In this document: piece after piece, positions 1 through 9,726 of the stretch
How the letters are laid out: the number at the start of each line of letters is the position of its first letter
Numbering within the stretch: the first letter of the stretch is position 1
Origin: a virus
Lineage: Duplodnaviria > Caudoviricetes
Length of the DNA: 64,000 nucleotides
Reading direction: 5' to 3' (one strand)
Virus record (IMG/VR): IMGVR_UViG_2806310702_000003
Coordinates: 1-64,000 of that record
Translations under genes and position numbers: made by a program
Notes under the pieces: generated by a model
The model's input: the letters and a program-made list of their open reading frames with translations, nothing else
The model's database searches: none
Told to the model about the DNA's origin: nothing

Positions 1-298
1 TTATAATCTCAAATTGATAACCTCTGGCCAACATATATGTTTTAACATTTTCAATTTGTCTTTCAAGGTCGTCTTTTTGTTTATGAGAACTAACTCTACA
101 ATATCCAATAGTTTTTTTATTTAGTTGTACTTCTGATTTTAAGCCCAAAAAGTGATTAAGTTGTTCTTGTGAATAATATCTTGTTCCACCATTAGTTATG
201 TGTGATGGTTTTAAAGTTTCATTTTTATCCCAGTTTCTAAGAGTTTGAACTGTTTTTCCTATTTTAGTTGCAAATTCTCCTATTGAGTAATATTTCAT
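1..298 (-). CDS. tnpA: IS607-family serine transposase TnpA, N-terminal part (cut by window edge)
   Basis: Manual translation MKYYSIGEFATKIGKTVQTLRNWDK...IGYCRVSSHKQKDDLERQ: MerR-like HTH followed by the serine recombinase YxRVSS motif; RBS GAGGTG upstream. Confidence 0.9.
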   Translation of the reverse strand, partial: MKYYSIGEFATKIGKTVQTLRNWDKNETLKPSHITNGGTRYYSQEQLNHFLGLKSEVQLNKKTIGYCRVSSHKQKDDLERQIENVKTYMLARGYQFEII

Positions 299-390
299 AC
301 TTATCACCTCAATATTATTATACAACTAAATATATAAAATAACAATATATTTTTATACATATTTATAGATTTATTTTAACAGTTATCACC
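1..390 (-). mobile_element. Left end of an IS607-family element inserted after the tail-fibre genes of module A
   Basis: tnpA plus ~90 bp AT-rich end; a GG (plus-strand CC ~389-391) fits the IS607 GG target; boundary approximate. Confidence 0.65.
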
Positions 391-426
391 CTCTCTTTTA
401 TTTTATTTATAATATTTTTAAACATC

Positions 427-657
427 TTATTTTTTAGCAACTGCAACTGTACTTGCTAATGCAGTTAGCTCTATAATACTTTGTTGACATTGTTTTAATT
501 CTTGCTTTAGTTTTTCATTTTCCTTTTCTAATTCTAAAATTGGATTTTTAGGAAGTTCTGGAATGACCTCTTTAGGTTCATCCCCATGTAAAACTTTTAC
601 TACTGCTCCGCTATCATATTCTGTTATTAAGTAATTCCCTTCTATATATTGTTTCAT
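427..657 (-). CDS. Phage tail-fibre-associated small coiled-coil protein
   Basis: 76 aa, coupled to upstream gene, typical position after fibre. Confidence 0.55.
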   Translation of the reverse strand: MKQYIEGNYLITEYDSGAVVKVLHGDEPKEVIPELPKNPILELEKENEKLKQELKQCQQSIIELTALASTVAVAKK

Positions 658-1154
658 TATTTTATCACCCCTTTACATTTTACAAGAATTTTTCCTTCAC
701 CTTTTGTTTTAATCTTAAAATCTGAAAAGAATAGAGGTTGTGGAAAAATAAAATTTTCAGGTTTTTCAATTTCCAAAGGTGTTGTTACACACTCATTTAT
801 TTCCCCATCATTCTTATATCTTGTAAATCCATATAGATGTCCAGAATATATTCGTACTGCACCGCTACTGTCGTAATCCATATTAATTTCTGCTAAATTT
901 TCATTATCAATTTGAACATTCATTTCAAATTTGTCATCACTACCTCCTCCATTAAACTTAAATTCCAAAAAATAAATATATCCTTTTCCAACAATGTGTA
1001 GAACTTCCTCTAACGACTTTGTTAATTCAAAAGAAATTTCTTTTGAAAAATAATTTTTATATTCACTCCAATCTGTACCTCCGCTAAAATTGTCTAATTT
1101 TTTCTTAACTTTATCTAAAGTTTTTTTATCAGCTATATAAATTTTTTCTGCCAT
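657..1154 (-). CDS. Putative tail-fibre/receptor-binding accessory protein
   Basis: 165 aa, start overlaps fibre stop; MAEKIYIADKKTLD N-terminus resembles clostridial tail proteins. Confidence 0.5.
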   Translation of the reverse strand: MAEKIYIADKKTLDKVKKKLDNFSGGTDWSEYKNYFSKEISFELTKSLEEVLHIVGKGYIYFLEFKFNGGGSDDKFEMNVQIDNENLAEINMDYDSSGAVRIYSGHLYGFTRYKNDGEINECVTTPLEIEKPENFIFPQPLFFSDFKIKTKGEGKILVKCKGVIK

Positions 1155-1867
1155 TATTTTTCAACCTCCTCAATATAAACAAGCCCATTTTCTACTCCCC
1201 ATTTATATTTTTTATTATTTTTAGTATCTTTAATTGTATTAGCTTCTTTCTTAAATTCTTCATATTGCGAAGTAAGATTTTCTTTAAATTTTTCTAAATT
1301 AGTACCATCTTTTGCTTTAATATCTTCTGCTTTTAGCTCTATTGCACCTGTTTTGTTATTTACAGATTGTACAGGAACTTTAATATTTCCTATTTGTTTT
1401 TCTACATTTTTAATATCTTCTTTAGTTGCAATCGTTACTGAAGGATCTAGTTTTAAAGTTACACTTTCAGTATTAGATACCTGAACAATTAATTTAATGT
1501 TTAAATCTCTGCCACTACCAGTGGAAAGTAAAGGTTTATATGTTTCTGGATATTTAGAAATTATTAATAAATTATCTTCATCATCAAAGATTCCAACTTC
1601 TCTAATAGAAAAACCACCAACGGATGCAGGTATTAATGTCTGTATAATAATCCAATTTTTATTTTTAGAATCTGTAGTAATGCTATTAATAGTTCCTTCC
1701 CATACTTTATGTTTTAAATCCTCCTGATTTTCTATAGGATTATAATAAGTACCGTTACTATCTCCTACTTTAATTTTTGCAAAATTAACCTTTGTTCCAA
1801 GTGCTGTTGCATTAGCTAATTTCGCTTGGCCTATTTTTGTTAATAGCGTATAGAATTGCTCTGCCAT
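1154..1867 (-). CDS. Phage tail fibre (tail-collar/DUF3751-type N-terminus)
   Basis: FYTLLTKIGQAKLANA...GGFSIREVGIFD...YPETYKP and VQSVNNKTGAIEL motifs. Confidence 0.85.
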   Translation of the reverse strand: MAEQFYTLLTKIGQAKLANATALGTKVNFAKIKVGDSNGTYYNPIENQEDLKHKVWEGTINSITTDSKNKNWIIIQTLIPASVGGFSIREVGIFDDEDNLLIISKYPETYKPLLSTGSGRDLNIKLIVQVSNTESVTLKLDPSVTIATKEDIKNVEKQIGNIKVPVQSVNNKTGAIELKAEDIKAKDGTNLEKFKENLTSQYEEFKKEANTIKDTKNNKKYKWGVENGLVYIEEVEK

Positions 1868-2488
1868 TTAAGAATTAACCCCCTTTGGATATATAGTAGT
1901 TTGTTCAAAGTCTATTCCATTTCCTAAACCAATGTTTAAATTTGTATTTATTTCTATAGCCTTTGGTGTATATGGATAAATAGTTGTTGTTTCTGCACTT
2001 AATAAAGTTGTGCCTAGGTACAAGTTACTATTTGTTGTAGAAATTAAATTATATGTTGCTTCTAAGTGTGCAGGTTGTATCTCTTCAATTATGTTATACA
2101 GACTATTTAAAGAATACGAAAAACCTTTATTAATACTCTCTAAAGCTAATGAAAAATAAGATTCTTTATTATGTTCTGTTACTCTTACCTTATCTGCATA
2201 AGCTTGCGCAATTTCTTCTATAACTTTTTTAGTTGTAGTACCTTGCCCTCTGAGTTTTGCTAGAATATTTGCTCTACGTTCCTCAATACTTTTACTTGTA
2301 TCTGTAGTAATACTTACAAATTCTTCCCACCAACTTAATCCCCAAGTGGCAGTTTTTACAAAGCATTGTGCTTTTAAATCCTTAACATCTAAATTTAATT
2401 TATCAATTTCCTTTTGCTGAGTACTATAGATGTTTTGCATTTCTTTAATATTAGATATAAAAAAAGGTACATAGTTTTTAAGTAACAC
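1868..2488 (-). CDS. Baseplate wedge protein (XkdU/DUF2313-like)
   Basis: TATWGLSWWE...ERRANILAKLRGQGTTT...IQPAHL motifs. Confidence 0.85.
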   Translation of the reverse strand: MLLKNYVPFFISNIKEMQNIYSTQQKEIDKLNLDVKDLKAQCFVKTATWGLSWWEEFVSITTDTSKSIEERRANILAKLRGQGTTTKKVIEEIAQAYADKVRVTEHNKESYFSLALESINKGFSYSLNSLYNIIEEIQPAHLEATYNLISTTNSNLYLGTTLLSAETTTIYPYTPKAIEINTNLNIGLGNGIDFEQTTIYPKGVNS

Positions 2489-3548
2489 TATCTACCACCA
2501 CCTCGATGTTTTTCAAAATTGCTATACTATCTTTTTCAAGCTTAATATCTTTAGTATTGCTATTTATTTTTAACTCTGTAAAGTCTGTAACTTTACCTAC
2601 ATTAAGTACACAATTAACTATACGATTGTATCTAACTGTATCAGTATTCAAGCTAATATTTTTCAAATAATCTTGTATATTAGTTTGTATATCTTTTTTA
2701 ATTTCTTCAAGATCACTTTTATTTGCAATTACTTTAATACTAATATTTAATCCAATTTCAGTTATACCTGAAACTGTAACATCTGCTCCAATTGGTCTAA
2801 CTTCCTCGATATGTTTCTTAACATTATTAATTATTTCGTTAGAAGGTGCTTTACCATTACTATCTACAATTACAACTTTTACTGTACCTCTACCTTGCCA
2901 ACGTGGAATTACAATAGCATTACCAACTCCACTTGTTTCCATAGCCCACAATTTATATTCATTTTTGTTGCCACTTGTTGCAGGCGTTCTAACTTTTAAT
3001 ATTAATCTATTATAAAGTTGCTCATCAGTCTCGGTATCTCTACCATTTTCAACATTATTTAAATTTTCAATTTTTGAGATTCCTATTAATTGTATTGGGA
3101 GTTGATTTATTTCTTTAGCTTTTACATTATATTTTGTACCTTCTTCCATAGCAATTACAGGAATAATTGTTGTTCCATTATCTTTTATAGTATCTTCTTT
3201 AGTAGTTTTAAATATAACTCCCAAAGATGTTTGTATTAAAGTACCTTCTTCAATTTTAGTACCTTTAGCACCATAAAAAGTTACATTAGTTGTTGCATGT
3301 TCCCCAAGTTTTCTAAAGACTCCATGCTCCTCGCATCTTAACTCTAGCTCTTCGGAATATCCATTTTCTAATGCAGTTTTAGCAAATACAGCATCTAAGC
3401 AATCATCTAAATCTTCTCTAGTATCTTCAAGTTCATAAGCAGCAGGTGCTAAAGCATCATGTATTAGTGTACCTTCACATTTATATACATCTGTTTCTAA
3501 ATAACTAAGCATTCGATTTAATATATCTTTACTATCTTCACTATACAT
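2478..3548 (-). CDS. Baseplate J-like protein (XkdT-like)
   Basis: GRDTETDEQL, TPATSGNKNEYKLWA, GRGTVKV, RPIGADVTV motifs. Confidence 0.9.
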   Translation of the reverse strand: MYSEDSKDILNRMLSYLETDVYKCEGTLIHDALAPAAYELEDTREDLDDCLDAVFAKTALENGYSEELELRCEEHGVFRKLGEHATTNVTFYGAKGTKIEEGTLIQTSLGVIFKTTKEDTIKDNGTTIIPVIAMEEGTKYNVKAKEINQLPIQLIGISKIENLNNVENGRDTETDEQLYNRLILKVRTPATSGNKNEYKLWAMETSGVGNAIVIPRWQGRGTVKVVIVDSNGKAPSNEIINNVKKHIEEVRPIGADVTVSGITEIGLNISIKVIANKSDLEEIKKDIQTNIQDYLKNISLNTDTVRYNRIVNCVLNVGKVTDFTELKINSNTKDIKLEKDSIAILKNIEVVVDSVT

Positions 3549-3978
3549 TTACCTCAACCCCTTTATTATAAATTGTATTTACTTTTATACTAGTTAATAG
3601 AGTATCTTTGTTAAAGTCTAAATTAAAGTTTTCTATACTAAGAATATATTTATTAACTAATAAGCATTCACTCAACATTCTATACATTTCAGATTCTATA
3701 AACTCTCTAGTAAATTGTTTGCCTATTAGCAATTCTTCAAAGTCATTTCCGTAGTTTCTAGAGTAGATTTTGAATTTATCTCTTTTTACATGTATTGCTT
3801 TCCAAATCCACACCTTTATAGCTTCATCTTTTTCTACAATAATATTTTCACCTAACTCATTTGTTAGTAAAGTTTCATTTTCAAAATCTATAGCATATTC
3901 TTTAAAAGTTTCTAATTCTCCAATATCATTAGTAACATCTATTTCATCATTTAAAATATTATCTGGAAATATACTCAA
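3541..3978 (-). CDS. Baseplate protein XkdS/DUF2634-like (start reassigned to TTG 3978)
   Basis: EAIKVWIWKAI...IYSRNYG motif; GGTGG RBS before TTG 3978, in frame with the track ORF. Confidence 0.8.
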   Translation of the reverse strand: MSIFPDNILNDEIDVTNDIGELETFKEYAIDFENETLLTNELGENIIVEKDEAIKVWIWKAIHVKRDKFKIYSRNYGNDFEELLIGKQFTREFIESEMYRMLSECLLVNKYILSIENFNLDFNKDTLLTSIKVNTIYNKGVEVNV

Positions 3979-3980
3979 TA

Positions 3981-4307
3981 CTACACCACCTTTGCAAGTA
4001 CAATATAAGTTTGTAAATCTGCAGTCGGTAATACAGCAACAGTATCTCCAGTTCTTAATATCGTTTCTAATGTGCATTTTTCTTTTGTAATACTTGTATT
4101 ATTTATAGTAATTTCTTTATCATGTTGTAATAAGTCTACATTTACTTTTAAATTATATTTTTCTAAGAGTAAATCTCCAACTTTAATTTTTAAAGAATTT
4201 GCATTTAAAACAGTCCCTAATTGTATAGGTGGAGGATTATTTTTTTCACCTGCTTCCTCCATAGCTTTCACTAGACTAATAAAAGGATCTTGTTTCATAT
4301 ATATCAC
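3981..4307 (-). CDS. XkdR/DUF2577-like baseplate spike protein
   Basis: IQLGTV...LRTGDTVAVLP...YIVLAKV; position in module. Confidence 0.75.
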   Translation of the reverse strand: MIYMKQDPFISLVKAMEEAGEKNNPPPIQLGTVLNANSLKIKVGDLLLEKYNLKVNVDLLQHDKEITINNTSITKEKCTLETILRTGDTVAVLPTADLQTYIVLAKVV

Positions 4308-5524
4308 CTTCTTTTAGATTTCTTTTTAGGTGTAACTTTTTTCTTCTTAGATTTTTCTTTGCTTTTCTTAGCCTTTTGTTTCTTCTTAGCTTCTGCTTTA
4401 GCTTTTCTTTCAGCACGTTTATTTTCTCTTATTACTTTTTTCTTTTCTCTTTCTTGTTTCTTTTCTTCTTTTATAGCTTTCTTTTCTTGCTTAGTATCAA
4501 ATTTCTGTGTATCGTCAGATTCTTTAGCGTCCATCTTACATACAAAACTTAATGTTAATTCTGTAGTATATTCTCCTGTTTGTATATCCCACGTATGAGT
4601 GTCTGCTATAATATGCATTTTTGCATTACTCAAAATATCTACATAAGGAATTTGAGTGTGTACTGCATAACCTGTTCTATAATCCCAATTACCTAATACT
4701 TTACATTCAACTTCTTTGTCCACTCCATGCAGTTTATTTTTAGCTACAACATTAGCATCTTTATCTTTTTCTTTTACATAGTTATCTTGTAAAATTCCAT
4801 AATAAGCAATTTCGCCATTAGTTTGCACTTTAGATATATAGTTATTGTTCTCATCATAGATTTTAACTTTATTTACCATGTTACCCATACTGTCTTTATA
4901 ACTAAAACTAATCAAATTGCCGTCACATACAGTTGCATTTGGATCACTTGCAGGTTTAATAATTGTATTACTTAATATTCCACCCATTTCTCCTACATTA
5001 ACTTTAATACCATCCATATATATAAAATATTGCTTTCCTGTTTGTTTACTTACTTGTGTGTAAAGTTCCATAATTGCATCGTATACTTTTTTTTGTGCTA
5101 GTAAATATCTTAGCTTTATATTACTAGTTGCAATAATTCCTGCTTCAACTCCAATTTCACTTAAAATATCTCTAGTAGCACTATCAGCTGTAATATTATT
5201 ATAATTTTTAGTTATAGTATTTTTATTTAGATAGTAAGCATAATCAAAAGCTGTAAACTCTAAAGTATCTTCACTTGTTAATGTTCTGTCTATCACAACA
5301 CCTCGGAATATTTCTTTATTGTTTAAAGTAATCCAAACTTTTGTACCTGCTCCTATTTGCATTTTCCCAAGTAGAATATTATTTTTCCTATCAGTAATAC
5401 TATAATAAATACTACAAGATAATTGTCTAGATACACTGGTCAAACTATTGCTCAAAGATACGCTTTTACATAAGTCTGTTATTTCATGAACGATATTATC
5501 ATAAGACTTTAAAATTCTTATCAT
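4304..5524 (-). CDS. XkdQ-like baseplate hub protein with Lys-rich C-terminal tail
   Basis: IFRGVVIDR...TAFDYAYYL motif, position; ~65 aa K/E/R-rich tail. Confidence 0.8.
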   Translation of the reverse strand: MIRILKSYDNIVHEITDLCKSVSLSNSLTSVSRQLSCSIYYSITDRKNNILLGKMQIGAGTKVWITLNNKEIFRGVVIDRTLTSEDTLEFTAFDYAYYLNKNTITKNYNNITADSATRDILSEIGVEAGIIATSNIKLRYLLAQKKVYDAIMELYTQVSKQTGKQYFIYMDGIKVNVGEMGGILSNTIIKPASDPNATVCDGNLISFSYKDSMGNMVNKVKIYDENNNYISKVQTNGEIAYYGILQDNYVKEKDKDANVVAKNKLHGVDKEVECKVLGNWDYRTGYAVHTQIPYVDILSNAKMHIIADTHTWDIQTGEYTTELTLSFVCKMDAKESDDTQKFDTKQEKKAIKEEKKQEREKKKVIRENKRAERKAKAEAKKKQKAKKSKEKSKKKKVTPKKKSKRR

Positions 5525-5958
5525 ATTCTGATCTCACACCCTTTTAAAGAACGCCACTCTTTAAAGCTTATTGTAAAATAAACATCTCTTGTACCATCTT
5601 GCTCTCCCCAAGAGAATTCCTCTATTGTACATTGCATATTTAACTTTGTTCCTGTTACGACACACCTGCATACTTCTTTACTAGTTCTTGCTTTTTCTAG
5701 TATATCTACATACCAATAAGGTTCAAATGGTGTATACTGTAAAAAGCTATAATCTTGCTTTGGAAAAAAACTACTAAAGCTCCAACTTTGTAAAGATTTA
5801 TTACCCATTACAGGCAATTCTCCAAAATTCATTATATTTACTGTTTTATTCATGTTTCCTGCTGCAACTTCAAATTCAGCAGGAGCTACAGGAAGTTGAA
5901 ATATCTCTCCCCCTGCTTTAATCCAAAACTGCATATCTGGGAAAACGTGTTGTTGCAT
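5521..5958 (-). CDS. XkdP-like tail tube initiator (no LysM domain)
   Basis: QLPVAP...FSSFFP...IEEFSWGEQDGTRDVYFTISFKEWR. Confidence 0.8.
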   Translation of the reverse strand: MQQHVFPDMQFWIKAGGEIFQLPVAPAEFEVAAGNMNKTVNIMNFGELPVMGNKSLQSWSFSSFFPKQDYSFLQYTPFEPYWYVDILEKARTSKEVCRCVVTGTKLNMQCTIEEFSWGEQDGTRDVYFTISFKEWRSLKGCEIRI

Positions 5959-6005
5959 TTAAAATACCTCCAAATAATAAAGATACTATAGAATCTATAG
6001 TATCT

Positions 6006-8693
6006 TTAAGTCATATTTAATTGTGCTATTTTAATTTTTCGCACTAATGCATTTGCAATTTTATCTATATCGCTTTCTTCTCTAACATGTACATCACCAA
6101 AAGTTATTGTTATGTTGCCATTATTTCCAATTAATTTATTAGTATCTTTATTGTCAAAAACTTTACTACCTTTAGGCATTTGTACTATTTCTGGACCATG
6201 CTCTCCAACTACAGAAAATCCTCCACCCCAATAGCTAGTACCTAAAGCATTTTTACCAGATATTTTATCTCCAACCCATTCTGCACCTTTTTTAACTAAG
6301 TTAACTGTACCAGTAATAGGATGTTTTAAGAACTCCTGTAAATTATTCCACCATTCTCGGATTTTATCTATTACTGCTTTTGTTTTTTCTTGTATTCCGC
6401 CCCAATTTTCTTTCCATGCTGTATATAATCCTATAACTGCTGCTACAAGTAATCCTATCCCTATAATTAACCAGCCAATAGGACTTGCACTAAATGCTGC
6501 ATTTAAAGCCCATTGTGCTACAGTTAAAGCTTTAGTAACTCCTGTTAATGCTATACTTGCAACTTTATGTGCTATTAAAACTATAGTATGTGCAGCTACA
6601 ATAGCCTTTTGAAATAACCAAGCAATTGTTTGTGCAGTTATAGCAGCTACTGTTTTCCAACCTGCTGCTGCATAGCTTATTATAGCAATTATTAATTTAC
6701 CTGTTATTATTGCTGCAGTTTTTGCAGCTTGAGCTCCTGTTTTAATTATAGCCACTATAAATGTTGCTGTTAATTTAGCACCTGAAATAGTTGCTTGAAT
6801 ACCTGTTTTTATAATAGCTCCAATAAAACTTGCTGTTAATTTAACACCACTTATAACTGCTTGAGCTCCTGTTTTAATTATAGCTACTATAAAATGTCCT
6901 GTGATTTTAGCTCCAGCAATAACTGCATGAGTCCCTGTTTTGATTAATGCTGGTCCAAAAATAACTCCTAATACTTTAGCAACTTTTTTTATAGTTGGTT
7001 CAGCTTTTTTTAGGGATTCTTTAAATTGTTTAATTTTCTTTTTAACTTCTTCAAATGCTTTTTTTACTTTATCTAAAGCATTATTTTTTAAATTAACAAA
7101 TGCCTTTTTTACTTTATTAGTAAATTCACAGATTTGTTTCCAATGTGTTATTAACACTGCTGCAACAACTGCGATAGCCAGTAAGCTTAATACTACTAAA
7201 TGTCCTGGACTGCTTAACCATGCTAAAACTCCGCCAGCATTTCTAATAGTATTTGTTAGCTTGTTTATACTTGTAATAGTATTGCTTATGCTTTTTCCAA
7301 TTTTACTAACTCCTAAAAGAATAGGACCTATTATAACTAGCCACTTTCCTACATTAGCTATTATTTTTTGTTGTGCTGGTGTTAAATTGTTTAATTTATT
7401 TGCTAAAGAGCTTATGCAACTTGTTATATTTTCTAAAGTCGGTGTTAATGCTGCACCCAGACTTATTAAAACATTATGCATTTTATTTAATGCTTTTCTA
7501 AATTTTTCTCCTGGAGTTTCCATTTTATCAACTGCATCTTGTAATGCTGTTGTATTATTTTTCATTTGCTCCATAGATTCATTATATTTTTTCATTCCTG
7601 TGTCACTTGTTAGCATTAATATCGTGTTTAATCCTTCAACACTTCCAAACATAGTAGCCATAGCACTTACATCGCTATCACCTGTTTTTGCAAGTAGTTC
7701 CATATCTTTAAGAAGACCTTTGTTTGACTTTTTTAGATTTTTATACATTTCTGTATTTTTCTTTCCTTGCTGTTCTAATTTAAACATTTCGGAACTATTT
7801 TTAGAATAATTTTTAGACATTTGATCTAGTGCAGGACTAGTTTTTCTTAATTTATCAGCTAAATCTTTTAAAAATGGCATCCAACCTTTTGTATGTATCT
7901 CACTAGATTTAAATTTTATTCCTAATATATCAGCTGCATCGGCTGCTTCTTTGGAAGGTTTTATTATGTTAGATAGTGCAGCTTTTAGTCCAGTAACAGA
8001 TTCAGCAGTATCTAATCCCTGTGCAGTGGTTACTGCCATACTACTAAATAGTTCTTCTGTTTTCATTTTTAATGCACTAGCGATAGGTGTAACTTTACCC
8101 ATACTTTTAGCTAATTCTCCAAATGTTGTTTTACCTAAATTTTGCGTTATAAGCATTTGATTTGCTATTTTATTAGCCTTATCTGCTTCATAGCCATAAG
8201 CATTTAAAACATTAGTAAGACCATTTACACTAGTTGCAGTATCAGTAAAACCACCTTTAGCAGCCTTTGTTGCTACCCCTAAAAATTCTGTTACCTTTGC
8301 AGTATCTACTGAAGCTGACAATGCTTGATATTCAGCTTCTGCTAATTCAGTTGCACTTAATCCAGTCTGATTTGATAGTTCTAAAATTCCTTTTTGTAAG
8401 TTATCCATAGATACTTTAGTAGTATCCGCTATGGTACTTACTTTTGCCATTTTGTCTCCAAATTCTACACTTGATTTTACAGCTAAAGTCCCTAAGCCAA
8501 CTAATGGCACAGTTAAACTTTTAGTCAAAGTACTTCCAAGTTTTTCAGTACTTTTAGAAACCTTTTTTATATCTTGTGAAACATATCTTGTTTGTCTTTG
8601 AAAATTAGATAGATTTTGTGTAACATGTCTTAGTTGTCCTGAAAATTGATCACGTAATTGCAATATCGCATCTATAACATGTGCAATAAACAT
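6006..8693 (-). CDS. Tape measure protein A
   Basis: 895 aa helical; TP901-type core; 22-aa repeats; C-terminal NALGT...VGEHGPE. Confidence 0.95.
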   Translation of the reverse strand: MFIAHVIDAILQLRDQFSGQLRHVTQNLSNFQRQTRYVSQDIKKVSKSTEKLGSTLTKSLTVPLVGLGTLAVKSSVEFGDKMAKVSTIADTTKVSMDNLQKGILELSNQTGLSATELAEAEYQALSASVDTAKVTEFLGVATKAAKGGFTDTATSVNGLTNVLNAYGYEADKANKIANQMLITQNLGKTTFGELAKSMGKVTPIASALKMKTEELFSSMAVTTAQGLDTAESVTGLKAALSNIIKPSKEAADAADILGIKFKSSEIHTKGWMPFLKDLADKLRKTSPALDQMSKNYSKNSSEMFKLEQQGKKNTEMYKNLKKSNKGLLKDMELLAKTGDSDVSAMATMFGSVEGLNTILMLTSDTGMKKYNESMEQMKNNTTALQDAVDKMETPGEKFRKALNKMHNVLISLGAALTPTLENITSCISSLANKLNNLTPAQQKIIANVGKWLVIIGPILLGVSKIGKSISNTITSINKLTNTIRNAGGVLAWLSSPGHLVVLSLLAIAVVAAVLITHWKQICEFTNKVKKAFVNLKNNALDKVKKAFEEVKKKIKQFKESLKKAEPTIKKVAKVLGVIFGPALIKTGTHAVIAGAKITGHFIVAIIKTGAQAVISGVKLTASFIGAIIKTGIQATISGAKLTATFIVAIIKTGAQAAKTAAIITGKLIIAIISYAAAGWKTVAAITAQTIAWLFQKAIVAAHTIVLIAHKVASIALTGVTKALTVAQWALNAAFSASPIGWLIIGIGLLVAAVIGLYTAWKENWGGIQEKTKAVIDKIREWWNNLQEFLKHPITGTVNLVKKGAEWVGDKISGKNALGTSYWGGGFSVVGEHGPEIVQMPKGSKVFDNKDTNKLIGNNGNITITFGDVHVREESDIDKIANALVRKIKIAQLNMT
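6724..6941 (-). repeat. 66-bp (22-aa) imperfect tandem repeats in TMP A
   Basis: IKTG(A/I/T)(Q/H)A recurs four times at 22-aa spacing. Confidence 0.8.
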
Positions 8694-8753
8694 TACCTCC
8701 TTTCTTTTAAAATAAAAAAAGACATCTATTACTAGACATCTTTTTCATTTAAA

Positions 8754-9119
8754 TTATTCGCTTATATTTATATCTAAAACTCTATATTTACTTAAATCTT
8801 TAGTAAATTCCAATTTTACAATAAAGTTATTCCTTAGTTTTGCTCCAAAACTATTTTCAGCATCTACATAACCAGATACATTATAAACTACCATATCTTT
8901 ATTTGTACTATTTGTTTCCTTTATATTATATTCGTTAAAGTCCCATGGGAAACTTGCCGTGTTAGGACATTTTAGTTTTTGTTTAACAACTGATTGAGTA
9001 ATTGTAACTATATTAGCTGTTATATCCTCTTTATTATCTGTCTCGTTACTTTCTCCACTACATCCAATTAAAAGAATTGTAAATATACAAATCAATAATA
9101 TACTTAAAATTTTTTTCAT
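8754..9119 (-). CDS. Moron-like lipoprotein
   Basis: MKKILSILLICIFTILLIGC signal/lipobox from ATG 9119; -10-like TATAAT upstream, terminator 8716-8744. Confidence 0.75.
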   Translation of the reverse strand: MKKILSILLICIFTILLIGCSGESNETDNKEDITANIVTITQSVVKQKLKCPNTASFPWDFNEYNIKETNSTNKDMVVYNVSGYVDAENSFGAKLRNNFIVKLEFTKDLSKYRVLDINISE

Positions 9120-9138
9120 ATAATACACCCCTAGTATA

Positions 9139-9303
9139 TTATATACCATTATTTTCTTCTCTTCTATCTTTGATTTCTTGATTTACAAAAGCATGTAGTA
9201 TTTTTTTTTCTCCTTGCTTCATCATATAAAAAGAAGATGGTGTAATGTTTTTATGTTTAAATAAATAATACATCAAACTTACTTCACCATCTTCTTTTAT
9301 TAG
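9139..9303 (-). CDS. Tail chaperone -1 frameshift extension (gpGT-like)
   Basis: A AAA AAC at 9303-9309 just before the TAC stop; -1 frame open for 54 aa (LIKEDGEVSLMYYLFKHK...). Confidence 0.75.
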   Translation of the reverse strand, partial: LIKEDGEVSLMYYLFKHKNITPSSFYMMKQGEKKILHAFVNQEIKDRREENNGI

Positions 9304-9704
9304 TTTTTTATTTCTTCTTCATCATCTTCTTTTTCATATCCATTTAATTCATTTATAACATTGTATAATTCATCTACCTCACCAGGAAGTAATAACAAAT
9401 TTAAAAGATCTTTAAAAGAAGGTAATTTATAATGCTTTAATAATTCAACATTTTTAAATACTTCTGGACATCCTTCTATTACTGTGTTTGCTCGCATATC
9501 TCCAGTTTTTAATTCTTTTAATTCACCTTTTTTATTTAAATCTAGCATTTCACTTTGTATTTCAGACATTTTCTCATTGTTTACTGCTTTGCATTGAAAA
9601 ATAAACTCTTGTCCACCCAATTTTCCTAATTTTAATTTAACTTCTTTTGTAGGTGCTTTTATTGCTCCCATATCTAATGCTAATAATCTTTCTACTGTAT
9701 TCAT
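9300..9704 (-). CDS. Tail assembly chaperone (XkdN-like)
   Basis: LLLPGEVDELYNVINELNGY...EEEIKN; between tube and TMP. Confidence 0.85.
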   Translation of the reverse strand: MNTVERLLALDMGAIKAPTKEVKLKLGKLGGQEFIFQCKAVNNEKMSEIQSEMLDLNKKGELKELKTGDMRANTVIEGCPEVFKNVELLKHYKLPSFKDLLNLLLLPGEVDELYNVINELNGYEKEDDEEEIKN

Positions 9705-9726
9705 TTATAAATTCCTCCTATTTATT

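Noticed and set aside
299-426. IStron (group I intron) at the IS607 left end
   Set aside because: Only ~90 bp of AT-rich DNA precede tnpA, too short for an intron core
1245-1271. Invertible shufflon at the tail fibre
   Set aside because: The fibre repeats are direct, not inverted, and no reversed fibre cassettes are present
3979-4077. Cys-rich N-terminal extension of ORF 3541..4077
   Set aside because: Overlaps the upstream gene; the RBS and family length support TTG 3978
6940-7809. 289-aa plus-strand ORF
   Set aside because: Antisense shadow of TMP A; no RBS or recognisable motif
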